A program made the position numbers and the translations under genes. Positions 10,916 to 22,403 of a stretch of DNA of 64,000 bases are shown one piece after another; position 1 is the first letter of the stretch, and every line of letters begins with the position of its first letter. Source of the stretch: Dehalococcoidia bacterium (GTDB taxonomy: Bacteria > Chloroflexota > Dehalococcoidia > UBA2979). The notes under the pieces were generated by a model. It saw only the letters and a list, made by a program, of their open reading frames with translations. It ran no database searches and had not been told where the DNA came from. The DNA lies in assembly GCA_965220125.1 (NCBI GenBank), contig CBDCPB010000004.1, forward strand, positions 1,670,227-1,734,226. Reading direction: 5' to 3'.

Positions 10916-11235
10916 CAGTCAATCGCCTCGTCGCAGGACTTGCAGTAGCGGACCTTGCGGCCGTCGCCGAGGACGCGGAAGCCGACGCGCGTCGCCGCGT
11001 CGCAGCCGCCGCAGACCAGCGCCACGTTCGAGACGTGCAGGGGCGCCTCCACCTCGAGGATCTCGGAGGGTGCGGTGGGGCTGCGCGAGCGGCGGTGCTT
11101 CTTGACCATGTTCGCGCCGGTGACGACCACGCGCTGCGCGTCGTGCAGCACCTGCCGCACCTCGCCGCGCCGTCCGCGGTCCTTGCCGGTCTGCACCTGC
11201 ACGGTATCGCGCCGCCGGATCTTCGAGGCCATCAC
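10915..11235 (-). CDS. rplX: 50S ribosomal protein L24, variant with four C-terminal Cys (putative zinc ribbon)
   Basis: 106 aa; the KOW region is L24-like and the C-terminus reads ...[14 protein letters not shown]...RYCKSCDE (CxxC...CxxC). Confidence 0.85.
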   Translation of the reverse strand: MMASKIRRRDTVQVQTGKDRGRRGEVRQVLHDAQRVVVTGANMVKKHRRSRSPTAPSEILEVEAPLHVSNVALVCGGCDAATRVGFRVLGDGRKVRYCKSCDEAID

Positions 11236-11603
11236 AGCACCTCCGGGGCGAGCGAGACGATGCGCATGAACTGCTTGTCGCGCAGCTCACGGGCGACCGG
11301 CCCGGAGATGCGCGTGCCGCGCGGGTTGCCGGCGCGGTCGGACAGCACCACGGCCGCGTTCTCGTCGAAGCGGATCGAGGAGCCGTCCGGGCGCTGGAAC
11401 GGCTTGGCGGTGCGCACGATCACGGCGAGCACGACTTCACCCTTGGGCACCGGGCTGTTCGGCTGTGCTTCCTTCACGGTGGCGACGATCACGTCGCCGA
11501 CGCGCGCGTAGCGCCGGCCGCTGCCGCCGAGCACGCGGATGCAGAGCAACTCGCGCGCACCCGAGTTGTCGGCGACCTTGACCCTGCTTTCCTGCTGGAT
11601 CAT
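11232..11603 (-). CDS. rplN: 50S ribosomal protein L14
   Basis: 123 aa; [27 protein letters not shown]. Confidence 0.92.
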   Translation of the reverse strand: MIQQESRVKVADNSGARELLCIRVLGGSGRRYARVGDVIVATVKEAQPNSPVPKGEVVLAVIVRTAKPFQRPDGSSIRFDENAAVVLSDRAGNPRGTRISGPVARELRDKQFMRIVSLAPEVL

Positions 11604-12556
11604 TGCGTTGCGGGCTCCCTGGTGTCCTCGTCTGCGGCCCCATCGGCCTCAGCGTCCTCGCCTGCGGTCTCTTCAGCCTCAGCCTCCGCTGCCGGCTCTT
11701 CGGCCTCGGCCTCAGCTTCCGCTGCCGGCTCCTCGGTCTCAGCTTCCGCTGCCGGCTCTTCGGCCTCGGCTTCCGCTGCCGGCTCTTCGGCCTCGGCTTC
11801 CGCTGCCGGCTCTTCGGCCTCCGCCTCTGCTGCCGGCTCTTCGGCCTCGGCTTCCGCTGCCGGCTCTTCGGCCTCAGCGTCCTCGCCTGCGGGCTCTTCG
11901 GCCTCGGCCTCTGCTGCGGGCGCCTCTGCCTCCGCCTCTGCTGCGGGAGCCTCTGCCTCGGCCTCTGCTGCGGGCTCCTCGGCCTCCGCCTCCGCTGCGG
12001 GCTCTTCGGCCTCTGCCTCTGCTGCGGGCTCTTCGGCCTCGGCTTCCGCTGCGGGCTCCTCGGCCTCGGCCTCTGCTGCGGGCTCCTCGGCCTCGGCTTC
12101 CGCTGCGGGCGCCTCTGCCTCCGCCTCTGCTGCGGGAGCCTCTGCCTCGGCGGGCGACTCGGCGACCGTTTCGCCGGAGGCGTCCGCTGCTTCGTCCGCC
12201 TCGGCGGCGGCGCGGGCGGCGGTGCGCTGCACCTCGTCGACCAGCGCCTCGTCGATCGACTCGGGGGCGACCTCGGCGACCTCGCGCTCGGTGATGACCT
12301 CGACCAGCCGCCAGCGCTTGGTCTTGCTGATCGGCCGGCACTCCTCGATCACCACGAGGTCGCCGGTGCTGGCGCTGTTCTCCGGGTCGTGCACGGGGTA
12401 GCGCTTCGTGCGCCGGATCACCTTGCCGTAGAGGCGGTGCCGGGAGGCGGAGGAGACGGCGACGATCACGGTCTGATCGTTGACGCCGGAGACCACCACG
12501 CCCCTGCGCGTCTTGCGATTCACCCTGCGCTCGGCTGCCTGTTCGGCCTGGACCAC
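11600..12556 (-). CDS. rpsQ: 30S ribosomal protein S17 fused to an acidic [11 protein letters not shown] repeat tail of roughly 200 aa
   Basis: The N-terminal ~100 aa are the S17 OB fold ([21 protein letters not shown]...[13 protein letters not shown]). The rest is Ala/Glu/Pro repeats encoded by near-perfect 33-nt tandem units over 11640-12130. Confidence 0.85.
   Translation of the reverse strand: MVQAEQAAERRVNRKTRRGVVVSGVNDQTVIVAVSSASRHRLYGKVIRRTKRYPVHDPENSASTGDLVVIEECRPISKTKRWRLVEVITEREVAEVAPESIDEALVDEVQRTAARAAAEADEAADASGETVAESPAEAEAPAAEAEAEAPAAEAEAEEPAAEAEAEEPAAEAEAEEPAAEAEAEEPAAEAEAEEPAAEAEAEAPAAEAEAEAPAAEAEAEEPAGEDAEAEEPAAEAEAEEPAAEAEAEEPAAEAEAEEPAAEAEAEEPAAEAETEEPAAEAEAEAEEPAAEAEAEETAGEDAEADGAADEDTREPATQ
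11640..12130 (-). repeat. In-frame tandem 33-nt repeats (about 14 units, near-perfect copies) encoding an (A/E/P)11 motif within the rpsQ 3' region
   Basis: Directly visible on the plus strand: ...ctcggcctcagcttccgctgccggctcttcggc... repeated over the interval. Confidence 0.9.
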
Positions 12557-12559
12557 GGC

Positions 12560-12997
12560 TTACTCCCGCTCCCCGTCCGCAGCGTCGTCTCCCGCGGCCT
12601 CGTCTGTCGTCTCGTCTGTCGCAGCGTCGTCGTCCGCCGTCTCGTCTGTCGTCTCGTCTGTCGTCTCGTCGTCCGCCGTCTCGTCTGTCGCAGCGTCGTC
12701 GTCCGCCGCCTCGTCGGCCGCGGCGTCGTCGTCCGCGGCCTCATCCGTCGTCTCGCTGCTCGCGAGGGCGTCCGCGTCGCCGGACCCGGCCAGCACGGCC
12801 AGGATGTCGCGCTCGCGCAGGAGCGTCCGGACGCGTGCGACGCGCCGGCGCGCCCGCCGTACCTGCGAGACATCGGCGAGCTGCCGCGTCGCCGCCTGGA
12901 AGCGCAGGTTGAACAGCGCGCGCTGGCTCTCGTCGAGCTCGCGTTCGAGCTCGTCCGAGGGCAGCGCCCGCAGATCGATGGTTTCCTGCGTGGTCAT
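12560..12997 (-). CDS. rpmC: 50S ribosomal protein L29 with an acidic (D/E/T/A) C-terminal tail of about 80 aa
   Basis: Internal ATG at 12997 overlaps the rplP stop (ATGA). [40 protein letters not shown] is the L29 core. The tail reads ...TDEAADDDAAADEAADDDAATDE.... Confidence 0.85.
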   Translation of the reverse strand: MTTQETIDLRALPSDELERELDESQRALFNLRFQAATRQLADVSQVRRARRRVARVRTLLRERDILAVLAGSGDADALASSETTDEAADDDAAADEAADDDAATDETADDETTDETTDETADDDAATDETTDEAAGDDAADGERE

Positions 12998-13410
12998 CAC
13001 TGTTCCTCGCGGGGGATGATCTTCGTATTGACGGACAGCTTGTGGTGGGCGCGGCGGAAGGCCTCGCGGACCGCATCCTCGGGTACGCCGGCCACCTCGA
13101 ACAGGACGCGGCCGCGCTTGACGACGGCGACCCAGTGGTCGGGCGCGCCCTTGCCCTTGCCCATGCGCGTCTCCACCGGCTTCTTGGTGACGGGCTTGTC
13201 CGGGAAGACGCGGATCCAGACCTTGCCGCCACGCCGCAGCGATCCGGTGATCGCGCGGCGCGCTGCCTCGATCTGGCGGGCGTCCACCCAGCCCGTGGTC
13301 TGGGCCTGCAGGCCCCACTCGCCGAACGCCACGAAGTTGCCCGTGTGCGCCATGCCGCGGCGCTTGCCGCGGTGCTGCTTGCGGTAACGGACGCGCCGAG
13401 GCATCAGCAT
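12997..13410 (-). CDS. rplP: 50S ribosomal protein L16
   Basis: 137 aa; [30 protein letters not shown]. Confidence 0.92.
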   Translation of the reverse strand: MLMPRRVRYRKQHRGKRRGMAHTGNFVAFGEWGLQAQTTGWVDARQIEAARRAITGSLRRGGKVWIRVFPDKPVTKKPVETRMGKGKGAPDHWVAVVKRGRVLFEVAGVPEDAVREAFRRAHHKLSVNTKIIPREEQ

Positions 13411-13414
13411 CGCG

Positions 13415-14086
13415 CTACTCCGTCTCGTCTCCGTTGGCGATCACGAAGGGCGAGCGCTCCGGGGTGATCTCGCCCTTGTAGATCCAGCACTTCACGCCGA
13501 TCACGCCGAACGTCGTCCGCGCCTCGGCCAGGCCGTAGTCGATGTCCGCGCGCAGCGTGTGCAGCGGAACGCGGCCCTGCATCTCGTACTCGGAGCGGGA
13601 CATGTCGGCGCCGCCGAGACGCCCGCCGATCTTGATCTTGCAGCCCAGCGCGCCCCTCGACATCGTGCGCTGCAGGGACTGCTTCATCGCGCGCCGGAAG
13701 GCGACGCGGCGCTCGAGCTGGTCGGCCACGGAGCGGGCAACGAGGAAGGCGTCCATCTCCGGGACGCGAATCTCCTCGATGTTGAGCCGCACGCGGCGCT
13801 CGGTCGCGCGCTCGAGGGCACCCCGCAACTGCTCGACGTTCGCGCCGCCGCGCCCGATCACGATGCCCGGCTTGGCGGTCTGCACGGTCAGCGTGAGCTG
13901 GTTGGCGTTGCGGTCGATCGTGATCTCGGAGATGCCGGCGTCCGGCAGGCTGTCGAGCACGATGCGGCGCATCCGCAGATCCTCGTGGACCAGCCCGGCG
14001 TAGTCGCGCTCGCTGAACCAGCGCGCCTGCCAGTGCTTGGTCACGCCGACACGGAAGCCGTAGGGGTGAACCTTGCGACCCATCAA
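13415..14086 (-). CDS. rpsC: 30S ribosomal protein S3
   Basis: 223 aa; KH domain and C-terminal motifs ([33 protein letters not shown]). Confidence 0.92.
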   Translation of the reverse strand: MMGRKVHPYGFRVGVTKHWQARWFSERDYAGLVHEDLRMRRIVLDSLPDAGISEITIDRNANQLTLTVQTAKPGIVIGRGGANVEQLRGALERATERRVRLNIEEIRVPEMDAFLVARSVADQLERRVAFRRAMKQSLQRTMSRGALGCKIKIGGRLGGADMSRSEYEMQGRVPLHTLRADIDYGLAEARTTFGVIGVKCWIYKGEITPERSPFVIANGDETE

Positions 14087-14427
14087 TACACCTCGTCACC
14101 ATCGACGACGATCTCGATATGGCTGTAGCGCTTGAGACGCGGCGCAGCGCGTCCGCGCGAGCGCGCCTTGTAGCGGCGCAGGGTGCGCGCGTCGCCGGCG
14201 TCGGCGCGCTTGATGACCAGCGCGTCCGGGTTGAGGTTGAAGTTATTCTCGGCGTTGGCCATCGCGGACTTCACCGTCTTCCAGACCATGCGCGCGGAGG
14301 GCTGCGGCAGGAACTCCAGCAGCGTCAGCGCCTCGGCCGCGGGCTTGCCGCGGATCAACTCCAGCACCAGCCGCACCTTGCGCGGCGAGACCTTCGCATC
14401 GCGGTGGACCGCCCGGACTTCCATCAC
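14083..14427 (-). CDS. rplV: 50S ribosomal protein L22
   Basis: 114 aa; [27 protein letters not shown]. Confidence 0.9.
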   Translation of the reverse strand: MMEVRAVHRDAKVSPRKVRLVLELIRGKPAAEALTLLEFLPQPSARMVWKTVKSAMANAENNFNLNPDALVIKRADAGDARTLRRYKARSRGRAAPRLKRYSHIEIVVDGDEVY

Positions 14428-14708
14428 CGTGCCCTCGAGGTCTGCTCGCTACGGCCGCGGTGGCCGCGGAAGGTGCGGGTGAAGGCGAACTCGCCGAGCT
14501 TGTGACCGACCATGTTCTCCGTGCAGAAGACCGGCACGTGGCGGCGGCCGTCATGCACGGCGATGGTGAGGCCCACCATCTCCGGCATGATCGTGGAAGC
14601 GCGCGACCAGGTGCGGATCACCTGCTTGCTCTGCGATCGCTGGGCGGCCTCCACCTGCTTCAGCAGCTTCGGGTGGATGTACGGCCCCTTCTTCGTTGAA
14701 CGCGACAT
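14424..14708 (-). CDS. rpsS: 30S ribosomal protein S19
   Basis: Internal ATG at 14708; [20 protein letters not shown]...[16 protein letters not shown]. The track ORF of 397 aa over-extends through the rplB region. Confidence 0.9.
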   Translation of the reverse strand: MSRSTKKGPYIHPKLLKQVEAAQRSQSKQVIRTWSRASTIMPEMVGLTIAVHDGRRHVPVFCTENMVGHKLGEFAFTRTFRGHRGRSEQTSRAR

Positions 14709-14710
14709 CG

Positions 14711-15550
14711 CTAGCGCCTCCGCCCTCGCGTGCGCCGACGCACGATGAAGCGGTCGGTGCGCTTGTTGCGGCGCGTGCGGTAGCCGAGCGCCGGCTTGCC
14801 CCACGGCGTCTTCGGGCCGGGCAGCCCGATCGGGGACTTGCCCTCGCCACCGCCGTGCGGGTGATCGACAGGGTTCATGGCGGAGCCGCGCACCTCCGGC
14901 CGGCGGCCGCGATGGCGCTTGCGCCCCGCCTTGCCGAGCTTGATCAGTGCGTGCTCCGGATTGCCGACGGTCCCGATCGTCGCGTGGCAGCGCTCCAGCA
15001 CCTGTCGCATCTCGCCCGAGGGCAGGCGCAGCAGCACGTAGCCGCTGTCGCGCGCCATCACCTGGATGCCGGTCCCGGCCGAGCGGCCCAACTGGCCGCC
15101 CCGCCCGGGCTGCAGCTCCACGTTGTGCACCATCGTGCCCGGCGGGATCTCGTGCAGCGGGAGCGTGTTGCCCGGGCTGATCGGCGATCCCGAGCCGGAG
15201 ACGATCGAGTCGTCCACAGCCAGCCTGTCCGGCGCCACGATGTACCGCTTGTCGCCGTCGGCGTAGAAGATCAGCGCGATGCGCGCACTGCGGCCGGGGT
15301 CGTACTCGATCGCGGCGACGCGGCCCGGCACGCCCGCCTTGTCGCGCTTGAAGTCGATGATGCGGATGCGGCGCTTGTGGCCGCCGCCGCGATGGCGGAC
15401 GGTGATGCGGCCCTGCTGGTTGCGGCCCGACTTCTGCTTCTTGGTGACGAGCAGCCGCTTCTCCGGCTTTTTCTTCGTGATCTCGCCGAAGGTGTAGCCC
15501 ATCGAGTTGCGGCGGCCCGGAGAGGTCGGCTTGTAAGTGCGCAGCGGCAT
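14711..15550 (-). CDS. rplB: 50S ribosomal protein L2
   Basis: 279 aa; L2 motifs ([32 protein letters not shown]). Confidence 0.93.
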   Translation of the reverse strand: MPLRTYKPTSPGRRNSMGYTFGEITKKKPEKRLLVTKKQKSGRNQQGRITVRHRGGGHKRRIRIIDFKRDKAGVPGRVAAIEYDPGRSARIALIFYADGDKRYIVAPDRLAVDDSIVSGSGSPISPGNTLPLHEIPPGTMVHNVELQPGRGGQLGRSAGTGIQVMARDSGYVLLRLPSGEMRQVLERCHATIGTVGNPEHALIKLGKAGRKRHRGRRPEVRGSAMNPVDHPHGGGEGKSPIGLPGPKTPWGKPALGYRTRRNKRTDRFIVRRRTRGRRR

Positions 15551-15553
15551 CGC

Positions 15554-15850
15554 CTAGACCCCCTCGAAGTATTCGATTTGCTCGCCGGGGGCGAGCGTTA
15601 CGATCGCCTTCTTCCACGCCGGCCGGCGCGAGATGCGCGTGCCGACGCGCCGCGTGCGGCCGCGCACCATCATCGTGCGCACCTTCTGCACGTTGACGTC
15701 GAAGGCGCGCTCGACGGCGTCGCCGATCTGCGGCTTGTTGGCGCGCACGTCCACCTCGAACACGTACTGGCCCTGCGCGCCGAGCATCGTCGACTTCTCC
15801 GTGATGATCGGGCGCCTCAGCACCTGGTAGGGATGGATCGCCTTCGGCAT
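15554..15850 (-). CDS. rplW: 50S ribosomal protein L23
   Basis: Internal ATG at 15850; [20 protein letters not shown]...; 98 aa. Confidence 0.88.
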   Translation of the reverse strand: MPKAIHPYQVLRRPIITEKSTMLGAQGQYVFEVDVRANKPQIGDAVERAFDVNVQKVRTMMVRGRTRRVGTRISRRPAWKKAIVTLAPGEQIEYFEGV

Positions 15851-15852
15851 CG

Positions 15853-16533
15853 TCAGGCCTCCGCCGTCACGGGCTCGGGCGGCTCGGACGGGCGGCCCGA
15901 GGCGCGATCGCCGCCCCACAGCGCCTCGGCGCGGCGCACGGCGTCCACCGTCAGCAGCACCGAGTGGTGCGCCAGCAGGTCGGCCACGTTCAGCGTGTCG
16001 GCCGGCACCACGCGCACACCCGGCAGGTTGCGCGCCGAGAGGAACGCCGTGCGGTCCGGCGCGGCCGTCACGACCAGCACCGAGCGCTCGATACCGAGCG
16101 CCTGCACCAGATCCCGGGCCGCGCGCGTCGAGGGCGCCTCGATCGCCAGCTCGTCGACGACGTGCAGGCGCTCGTCGCGCGTGCGCGCGGAGAGCACGGA
16201 GCGCAGCGCCAGGCGGCGCATCCGCTTCGGGAGCCGCTGCGTGTAGGAGCGCGGCTTCGGACCGAAGGCGACGCCGCCGCCACGCCGGATCGGCGAGCGA
16301 TTGGAGCCCATGCGGGCCATGCCCAGCCCCTTCTGGCGCCGGATCTTCGCGGTCGACCCGCGGACCTCGCCGCGCGTCTTCGTGCTGTGGTTCCCGCCGC
16401 GGCGGGCGGCAAGCTGCGCGACCAGCGTCTGGTGCACGACCGGCTCGTTCGGCTCGATCCCGAACACGGCGTCGTCCACCTCGATCGGATCGAGCTCCTC
16501 GGCGGCGGCGTTGCGGACGCGGAGCTGCATCAC
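15853..16533 (-). CDS. rplD: 50S ribosomal protein L4
   Basis: 226 aa; L4 motifs ([34 protein letters not shown]). Confidence 0.9.
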   Translation of the reverse strand: MMQLRVRNAAAEELDPIEVDDAVFGIEPNEPVVHQTLVAQLAARRGGNHSTKTRGEVRGSTAKIRRQKGLGMARMGSNRSPIRRGGGVAFGPKPRSYTQRLPKRMRRLALRSVLSARTRDERLHVVDELAIEAPSTRAARDLVQALGIERSVLVVTAAPDRTAFLSARNLPGVRVVPADTLNVADLLAHHSVLLTVDAVRRAEALWGGDRASGRPSEPPEPVTAEA

Positions 16534-17402
16534 TCGCGCTCCTCTTCGCTCGCCTCGGCGTCATCGGCCTCATCGGCCTCGGTCGCCTCGTCCTCGGTCG
16601 CGTCGGTCGCCTCGTCCTCGGTCGCGTCAGTGGCGTCGTCCTCGGTCGCCTCGGTCGCCTCGTCCTCGTCCTCGGCGGCCACGATCTCCTCGGGCTCGTC
16701 CGGCTCGGGCTCGTCGACTTCCATCACGGGCGGTGCGGGCAGCTCGGGCGGCTCGAAGCCGCTGCGCGGCGGCTTGCGGCCGGGCGTGACGGTGACGAGG
16801 CCCCGGTTGGGGCCGGGCACGGAGCCCTCGACGAACAGCAGGTTGCGGGCCGTGTCGGACTGGACGACGAGCAGGTTGAGGACGGACGTGTTGCGTGCGC
16901 CCATGTGCCCGGCCATCTTCTGGCCCTTCCAGACCTTGCCGGGCGTGGTGCCGGCGCCGATCGAGCCGGGCGCGCGGTGGCGGTCGGACTGGCCGTGCGT
17001 CTTCGGGCCGCCGTGGAAGCCCCAGCGCTTCACGCCACCGGCGAAGCCACGGCCCTTCGAGACGCCCGAGACGTCGACGTACTGGCCGGGCTCGAACTGG
17101 TCACAGGTCAGGACCTCGCCGGTCTCGTGGGCGGAAGGACTGTCGGCCGGGAACTCCTGCAGCAGGGACAGCGTCTCGTTCCCGAGGCCGGCCTTGCCGA
17201 GGTGGCCGCGCTGCGGCCGGTTGAGGCGCTTGCGGTTGCCGCCGTAGCCCACCTGGACGGCCTCGTAGCCGTCGCGCTCCACGGTGCGCAACTGGGTGAC
17301 GCGGTTGGGGCCGAGCTCGATCACGGTGACCGCGCGGACACGCCCGCCTCCGTCGTAGAGGCGCATCATTCCGAGCTTGCGGCCGATCATCCCGCGGATC
17401 AC
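16530..17402 (-). CDS. rplC: 50S ribosomal protein L3 with an acidic (E/D/A/T) C-terminal tail of about 80 aa
   Basis: The core is L3 (MIGRKLGMMRLYD..., FAGGVKRWGFHGGPKTHGQSDRHRAPGSIG). The tail reads ...[47 protein letters not shown]. Confidence 0.88.
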   Translation of the reverse strand: MIRGMIGRKLGMMRLYDGGGRVRAVTVIELGPNRVTQLRTVERDGYEAVQVGYGGNRKRLNRPQRGHLGKAGLGNETLSLLQEFPADSPSAHETGEVLTCDQFEPGQYVDVSGVSKGRGFAGGVKRWGFHGGPKTHGQSDRHRAPGSIGAGTTPGKVWKGQKMAGHMGARNTSVLNLLVVQSDTARNLLFVEGSVPGPNRGLVTVTPGRKPPRSGFEPPELPAPPVMEVDEPEPDEPEEIVAAEDEDEATEATEDDATDATEDEATDATEDEATEADEADDAEASEEERE

Positions 17403-17421
17403 TCGTTCGTCCTCGCGTCCG

Positions 17422-17736
17422 TTACAGCTTGATCTCGATGTCCACGCCGGACGGCAGTTGCAGCCGCATCAGCGTGTCCACCGTGCGCGAGGTCGGTTCG
17501 AAGATGTCGATCAGCCGCTTGTGCGTGCGGATCTCGAACTGATCTCGCGAGTCCTTGTCGATGAACGGCGAACGGATCACCGTGTACTTGCGAATCCGCG
17601 TCGGGAGCGGCACCGGGCCCGCGACGGCGGCGCCGGTGCGCTCGGCAGTCTCCACGATCTGCTTCGCGGAGCGGTCCAGGACGCGATGGTCGTAGGACTT
17701 GAGCCGGATGCGTATCCGTTGTCTCGAAGCTACCAC
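17422..17736 (-). CDS. rpsJ: 30S ribosomal protein S10
   Basis: 104 aa; [30 protein letters not shown]. Confidence 0.92.
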   Translation of the reverse strand: MVASRQRIRIRLKSYDHRVLDRSAKQIVETAERTGAAVAGPVPLPTRIRKYTVIRSPFIDKDSRDQFEIRTHKRLIDIFEPTSRTVDTLMRLQLPSGVDIEIKL

Positions 17737-17766
17737 CGCGTCGTCCCCCGCGTCCTCGTGTCCGCG

Positions 17767-18966
17767 CTACTCGTTGATGCCGGTGACGACGCCGGCGCCG
17801 ACGGTGCGGCCGCCCTCGCGAATCGCGAAGCGCAGTCCGTCCTCGATCGCAATCGGCGTGATCAGCTCGATGTCCACCGTCACGTTGTCCCCGGGCATCA
17901 CCATCTCCGTGCCCTCGGGCAGCGTCACCACCCCCGTCACGTCCGTGGTGCGCACGTAGAACTGCGGACGGTAGCCCGTGAAGAACGGCGTGTGCCGCCC
18001 ACCCTCCTCCTTGGAGAGCACGTACACCTCGCCTGAGAACTTGCGGTGCGGCGTGATGCTGCCCGGCTTGGCCAGCACCTGACCACGCTCGATGTCGCCA
18101 CGCTCGATGCCGCGCAAGAGACAGCCGACGTTGTCGCCCGCCTCACCGGTGTCGAGGATCTTCTTGAACATCTCGACCCCGGTCACGACCGTGGTCTCCG
18201 TCTCCTTGATGCCCACGATCTCGATCGGGTCGCCGACGTTGACGACGCCGCGCTCGATCCGCCCCGTCACCACCGTGCCGCGACCCTTGATCCCGAACAC
18301 GTCCTCGATCGGCATCAGGAAGGGCTGGTCCTTGGGCCGCTCCGGCTGCGGGATGTAGCTGTCCACCGCCTCCAGCAGCTCCCAGATCGCCCGGTACTCC
18401 TCGGCGTCCGCGTCGGTCGAGGCGGACTCCAGGGCGTGCAGCGCCGAGCCGCGGATGATCGGCACCTCGTCGCCGGGGAACTCGTAGCCGTCCATCAGCT
18501 CGCGCATCTCCAGCTCGACCAGCTCGAGCAGCTCCTCGTCGTCCATCATGTCCACCTTGTTGAGGAAGACGACGACGGCGGGCACCTCCACCTGGCGCGC
18601 CAGCAGCAGGTGCTCGCGCGTCTGCGGCATCGGCCCGTCGGGCGCGGCGACGACGAGGATCGCGCCGTCCATCTGCGCGGCGCCGGTGATCATGTTCTTG
18701 ATGTAGTCGGCGTGACCGGGGCAGTCGACGTGCGCGTAGTGGCGCGCCTCCGTCTCGTACTCGACGTGGGCGATCGCGATCGTGATCCCGCGCGCCTTCT
18801 CCTCGGGGGCGTTGTCGATCGAGTCGAACTCGCGGAATTCGGCCTCGCCCTTCAGTGCGAGCACCTTGGTGATCGCCGCCGTCAGCGTGGTCTTGCCGTG
18901 GTCGACGTGACCAATCGTGCCTACGTTCGCGTGCGGCTTCGTCCGCTCAAACTTGCGTCGCGCCAT
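17767..18966 (-). CDS. tuf: Elongation factor Tu
   Basis: 399 aa; [29 protein letters not shown]. Confidence 0.95.
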   Translation of the reverse strand: MARRKFERTKPHANVGTIGHVDHGKTTLTAAITKVLALKGEAEFREFDSIDNAPEEKARGITIAIAHVEYETEARHYAHVDCPGHADYIKNMITGAAQMDGAILVVAAPDGPMPQTREHLLLARQVEVPAVVVFLNKVDMMDDEELLELVELEMRELMDGYEFPGDEVPIIRGSALHALESASTDADAEEYRAIWELLEAVDSYIPQPERPKDQPFLMPIEDVFGIKGRGTVVTGRIERGVVNVGDPIEIVGIKETETTVVTGVEMFKKILDTGEAGDNVGCLLRGIERGDIERGQVLAKPGSITPHRKFSGEVYVLSKEEGGRHTPFFTGYRPQFYVRTTDVTGVVTLPEGTEMVMPGDNVTVDIELITPIAIEDGLRFAIREGGRTVGAGVVTGINE

Positions 18967-19047
18967 CCCTCGGCTCCCGTTCTCCTCCGCCGCCCCACGA
19001 CTCCTGCGTGGGGGGCGATCCGATCGCTTTTCCGTTCGCGGGCGGTC

Positions 19048-21144
19048 CTAGACCGCCGCCACGCGCCGTTCGGAGCGCGTGTCCGTAATCTCCGCGACGA
19101 TCGCATCCGGCACGCGCGCGTAGTGCTCGAACTCCATCGAGTACGTCGCGCGGCCCTGCGTCAGCGAGCGCAGGTCCGTCGCGTAGCCGAACGTCTCGGC
19201 CAGCGGCGCGTGCGCCTGGATGACGTGCGCGTTGCCTCGCGGCTCCGCGCCCAGCACCTGCCCGCGGCGACCGCCGATGTCGCCGAGCACGTCGCCGAAG
19301 TGGTCCTCCGGCGTCACGATCTCCATCTTCATCACCGGCTCCAGCAGCACGGAACCGCCGCGCTGCAGCGCCTGCCGCATGCCGATCGAACCGGCCGTCT
19401 GGAACGCGATCTCCGAGGAGTCCACGTCGTGGTACGAGCCGTCGACGACGGCGACCGCGAGATCGACCACCGGGTAGCCGGCGCGCGCGCCGCTGGCGAG
19501 CGCCTGCTCGACGCCGCGGCGGACGGCGGAGATGTACTCGCGCGGGATCGACCCGCCGACGGTGCGGTCCTCGAAACTGAAGCCCGCACCCGGGTCGCGC
19601 GGCGCGACCTCCAGGACGCAGTGGCCGTACTGGCCGCGGCCTCCGGTCTGGCGCACGAAGCGGCCCTCGGCGCGCAGCGAGCGCGTCAGCGTCTCGCGGT
19701 AGGCCACCTGCGGGCGGCCGACGTTCGCCTCGACGCGGTTCTCGCGGCGCATGCGGTCCACGATCACCTCGAGGTGCAGTTCGCCCATGCCGGAGATCAC
19801 GGTCTGGCCGGTCTCCTCGTCGTAACGCACGCGGAAGGTCGGGTCTTCCTCGGAGAGCCGCTGCAGGGCGTCGCCGAGGCGGTCCTGGTCGTTGCGCGTG
19901 CGCGGCTCGATCGCGATCGAGATGACGGGCGCCGGGAAGCGGATCGTCTCGAGGGCGACCGGGCTCTTCATGTCACAGAGCGTGTCGCCCGTGAACGTGT
20001 CCTTGAGGCCGATGCCCGCGGCGATCTCTCCCGCGTAGACCTCCTGGACGTCCTCGCGCGAGTCGGCGTGCATGCGCAGCAGCCGCCCGAAGCGCTCGCG
20101 GCGGCCGCGGGTGCTGTTGCTCACCTGCCCGCCGCTGCGCACCACGCCCGAGTAGACGCGGAAGAAGACGAGGCGCCCCACGAACGGGTCGGAGACCACC
20201 TTGAACGCGAGCGCCGTCAGCGGCGCATCGTCATCGGCGGGGCGCTCGACGCTGCGCTCCGGATCGCCGACCGCGTGCGCGGTCACCGGCGGCACGTCGA
20301 CCGGCGAGGGCAGGTAGGTGACGACGGCGTCGAGCAGCGGCTGCACGCCGCGGTTGCGCAGCGCGGCGCCGGCGAGCACCGGCGTGATCGCGTTGCTGAT
20401 CGTCGCGCGACGGATCGCCTTCTGCAGCTCGATGATGTCGATCTCGTGTCCCTCGAGGAACGAGACCATGAGCTGGTCGTCGTTCTCGGCGACGCGCTCG
20501 ACCATCAACTCGCGGGCGTCGCGCGCGGCGTCCTGGAAGGCGCCCGGGATCTCGCCGACGGAGACCTCCGCGCCGCGATCACCGCCGAAGGTGATCGCGC
20601 GCATCTCGACGAGGTCGATCACGCCTGCGAAGTGGTCCTCGGCGCCCATCGGCAGTTGCAGCGGTACCGGGACCGCCCCGAGGCGGTCGACGATCATCTC
20701 GACGGTGCGGTCGAAGTCCGCGCCGGTGCGGTCCATCTTGTTGACAAAGCAGATGCGCGGCACGTCGTAGCGGTTGGCCTGGCGCCAGACCGTCTCCGAC
20801 TGCGGCTCAACGCCGGCGACGCCGTCGAAGACCACCACGCCGCCGTCGAGCACGCGCAGCGAGCGCTCGACCTCGACGGTGAAGTCGACGTGGCCGGGCG
20901 TGTCGATGATGTTGATCTGGTGGTCGCGCCACTCCGCGGTGGTCGCGGCGGACGTGATCGTGATGCCGCGCTCGCGCTCCTGCGCCATGAAGTCCATGAC
21001 GGCGGTGCCGTCGTGCGTCTCACCAAGGCGGTGGGTGCGGCCGGTGTAGTAGAGGATGCGCTCGGTCACCGTGGTCTTGCCGGCGTCGATATGCGCGATC
21101 ACGCCGATGTTACGCACACGCTCGAGCGGTGTTTCGCGTGACAT
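19048..21144 (-). CDS. fusA: Elongation factor G
   Basis: Internal ATG at 21144; [31 protein letters not shown]...; about 698 aa. The track ORF carries 80 spurious upstream codons. Confidence 0.93.
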   Translation of the reverse strand: MSRETPLERVRNIGVIAHIDAGKTTVTERILYYTGRTHRLGETHDGTAVMDFMAQERERGITITSAATTAEWRDHQINIIDTPGHVDFTVEVERSLRVLDGGVVVFDGVAGVEPQSETVWRQANRYDVPRICFVNKMDRTGADFDRTVEMIVDRLGAVPVPLQLPMGAEDHFAGVIDLVEMRAITFGGDRGAEVSVGEIPGAFQDAARDARELMVERVAENDDQLMVSFLEGHEIDIIELQKAIRRATISNAITPVLAGAALRNRGVQPLLDAVVTYLPSPVDVPPVTAHAVGDPERSVERPADDDAPLTALAFKVVSDPFVGRLVFFRVYSGVVRSGGQVSNSTRGRRERFGRLLRMHADSREDVQEVYAGEIAAGIGLKDTFTGDTLCDMKSPVALETIRFPAPVISIAIEPRTRNDQDRLGDALQRLSEEDPTFRVRYDEETGQTVISGMGELHLEVIVDRMRRENRVEANVGRPQVAYRETLTRSLRAEGRFVRQTGGRGQYGHCVLEVAPRDPGAGFSFEDRTVGGSIPREYISAVRRGVEQALASGARAGYPVVDLAVAVVDGSYHDVDSSEIAFQTAGSIGMRQALQRGGSVLLEPVMKMEIVTPEDHFGDVLGDIGGRRGQVLGAEPRGNAHVIQAHAPLAETFGYATDLRSLTQGRATYSMEFEHYARVPDAIVAEITDTRSERRVAAV

Positions 21145-21247
21145 CGTTAGTCGTTCCCCCGGCCCGGCATGACGCCCGGCGTAGTTCCCGCGAATGGTTC
21201 CGCCCCCGATGCAGCGGGGGCGGATGCTGGCCGAGTGATCCGGCCGC

Positions 21248-21715
21248 TTACCATCGGTAGTGCACAAACGCGCGGTTGGCCTCGGCCATCCGGTGCGTTT
21301 CCTCCTTGCGGCGCACGGCGTTGCCGGCGTTGTTGGCCGCATCCAGCATCTCGCCGGCGAGACGCTCCACCATCGAGCGCCCACCGCGCGAGCGCGCCGC
21401 GGTCAGCAGCCAGCGCAGAGCGAGCGCCTGACGGCGCTCGGAGCGGATATCGACCGGGACCTGGTAGGTAGCCCCACCTACGCGGCGCGGCTTGACCTCG
21501 ATGATCGGCGTGACGTTGCGCACCGCCTGCTCGAAGACGTCGATGCCGGGGCGGCCGGTCTGCTCCTCGATGCGGTCGAAGGCGCCGTAGACGATGCGCT
21601 CGGCGGTGCTCTTCTTGCCGTTGCGCAGCACCTTGTTGGTGAACGCGGTGACGAGCCGCGACTGGAAGCGCGGATCGGGGGCGACTGGCCGGATGGGAGC
21701 TTGGCTGCGACGCAT
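21248..21715 (-). CDS. rpsG: 30S ribosomal protein S7
   Basis: 155 aa; S7 motifs ([20 protein letters not shown] at the C-terminus). Confidence 0.92.
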   Translation of the reverse strand: MRRSQAPIRPVAPDPRFQSRLVTAFTNKVLRNGKKSTAERIVYGAFDRIEEQTGRPGIDVFEQAVRNVTPIIEVKPRRVGGATYQVPVDIRSERRQALALRWLLTAARSRGGRSMVERLAGEMLDAANNAGNAVRRKEETHRMAEANRAFVHYRW

Positions 21716-21721
21716 CTTCGG

Positions 21722-22135
21722 CTAGTCCCTGCGCGTCCCGTACTTGCTGCGGCTGCGGCGGCGTCCCTCGACGCCGGTCGCATCGAGGGCGCCACGCACG
21801 ACGTGGTAGCGCACGCCCGGGAGGTCCTTGACGCGACCGCCGCGGATCAGGACCACGGAGTGCTCCTGCAACGTGTGGCCCTCGCCCGGGATGTAGGCGG
21901 TGACCTCGATGCCGTTGGTGAGGCGCACGCGGCAGACCTTGCGCAGCGCCGAGTTGGGCTTTTTGGGGGTGACGGTGCGCACCTGGGTGCAGACGCCGCG
22001 CTTCTGCGGCGAGCCCTTGCGCCCGCGCGTGGTGCGGTTGGTGAGCGAGTTGTAGCGGAAGCGCAGCGCCGGCGCCTTCGTCTTCTTCGTGACGGGCTTG
22101 CGGCCCTTGCGGACCAGCTGATTGATGGTCGGCAC
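21722..22135 (-). CDS. rpsL: 30S ribosomal protein S12
   Basis: GTG at 22135 gives [24 protein letters not shown]...; 137 aa. The track ORF runs further upstream into the leader. Confidence 0.9.
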   Translation of the reverse strand: MPTINQLVRKGRKPVTKKTKAPALRFRYNSLTNRTTRGRKGSPQKRGVCTQVRTVTPKKPNSALRKVCRVRLTNGIEVTAYIPGEGHTLQEHSVVLIRGGRVKDLPGVRYHVVRGALDATGVEGRRRSRSKYGTRRD

Positions 22136-22374
22136 TTCGTTCCCGTCCTTCGAGGCGCGCGTTCCTCGCGCCACTGTTGTGTGCGTTGCGCTTCCGGCTG
22201 TTCCGGCGCTGCGTTCTGCCAACCGGGCGGTGGGCAGAATGAACGGCCAGATGGCTGCGGTGTGAGCCAGAACGCGACATCGCACGGTGTGCGATACCTG
22301 TCGCCGGTCCTCACCCCGCCCCGGCCAGCCGACCGTCGAACCAACATGCCAACGCTGCGAGGCGCAACCAAAAA

Positions 22375-22403
22375 AGGCTACGTCCGGGCCGGTCCAGTGT
22401 CAA
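22375..22403 (-). promoter_or_regulatory. Putative sigma70-type promoter for rpsL-rpsG-fusA-tuf: TTGACA-N17-TAGCCT, read on the minus strand
   Basis: Plus strand carries tgtcaa at 22398-22403 and aggcta at 22375-22380, separated by 17 nt. A 5' UTR of about 230 nt would follow. Confidence 0.3.

Noticed and set aside
11640-12130. Regular 33-nt direct repeats, considered as a possible CRISPR array
   Set aside because: The repeats are contiguous with no spacers, in frame within rpsQ, and encode a coherent amino-acid repeat. There are no cas genes nearby.
11603-13387. Plus-strand ORFs (594 aa, 259 aa) with Ser/Ala or Cys/Leu/Gly repeat translations
   Set aside because: These are mirror images of the in-frame 33-nt repeats in the minus-strand rpsQ tail and of the rpmC/rplP genes, not independent genes.
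14424-15617. 397-aa ORF fusing S19 to an upstream reading frame across rplB
   Set aside because: Only the C-terminal 94 aa match S19. The L2 gene occupies the upstream region in another frame. The internal ATG at 14708 fits the conserved [10 protein letters not shown] start.
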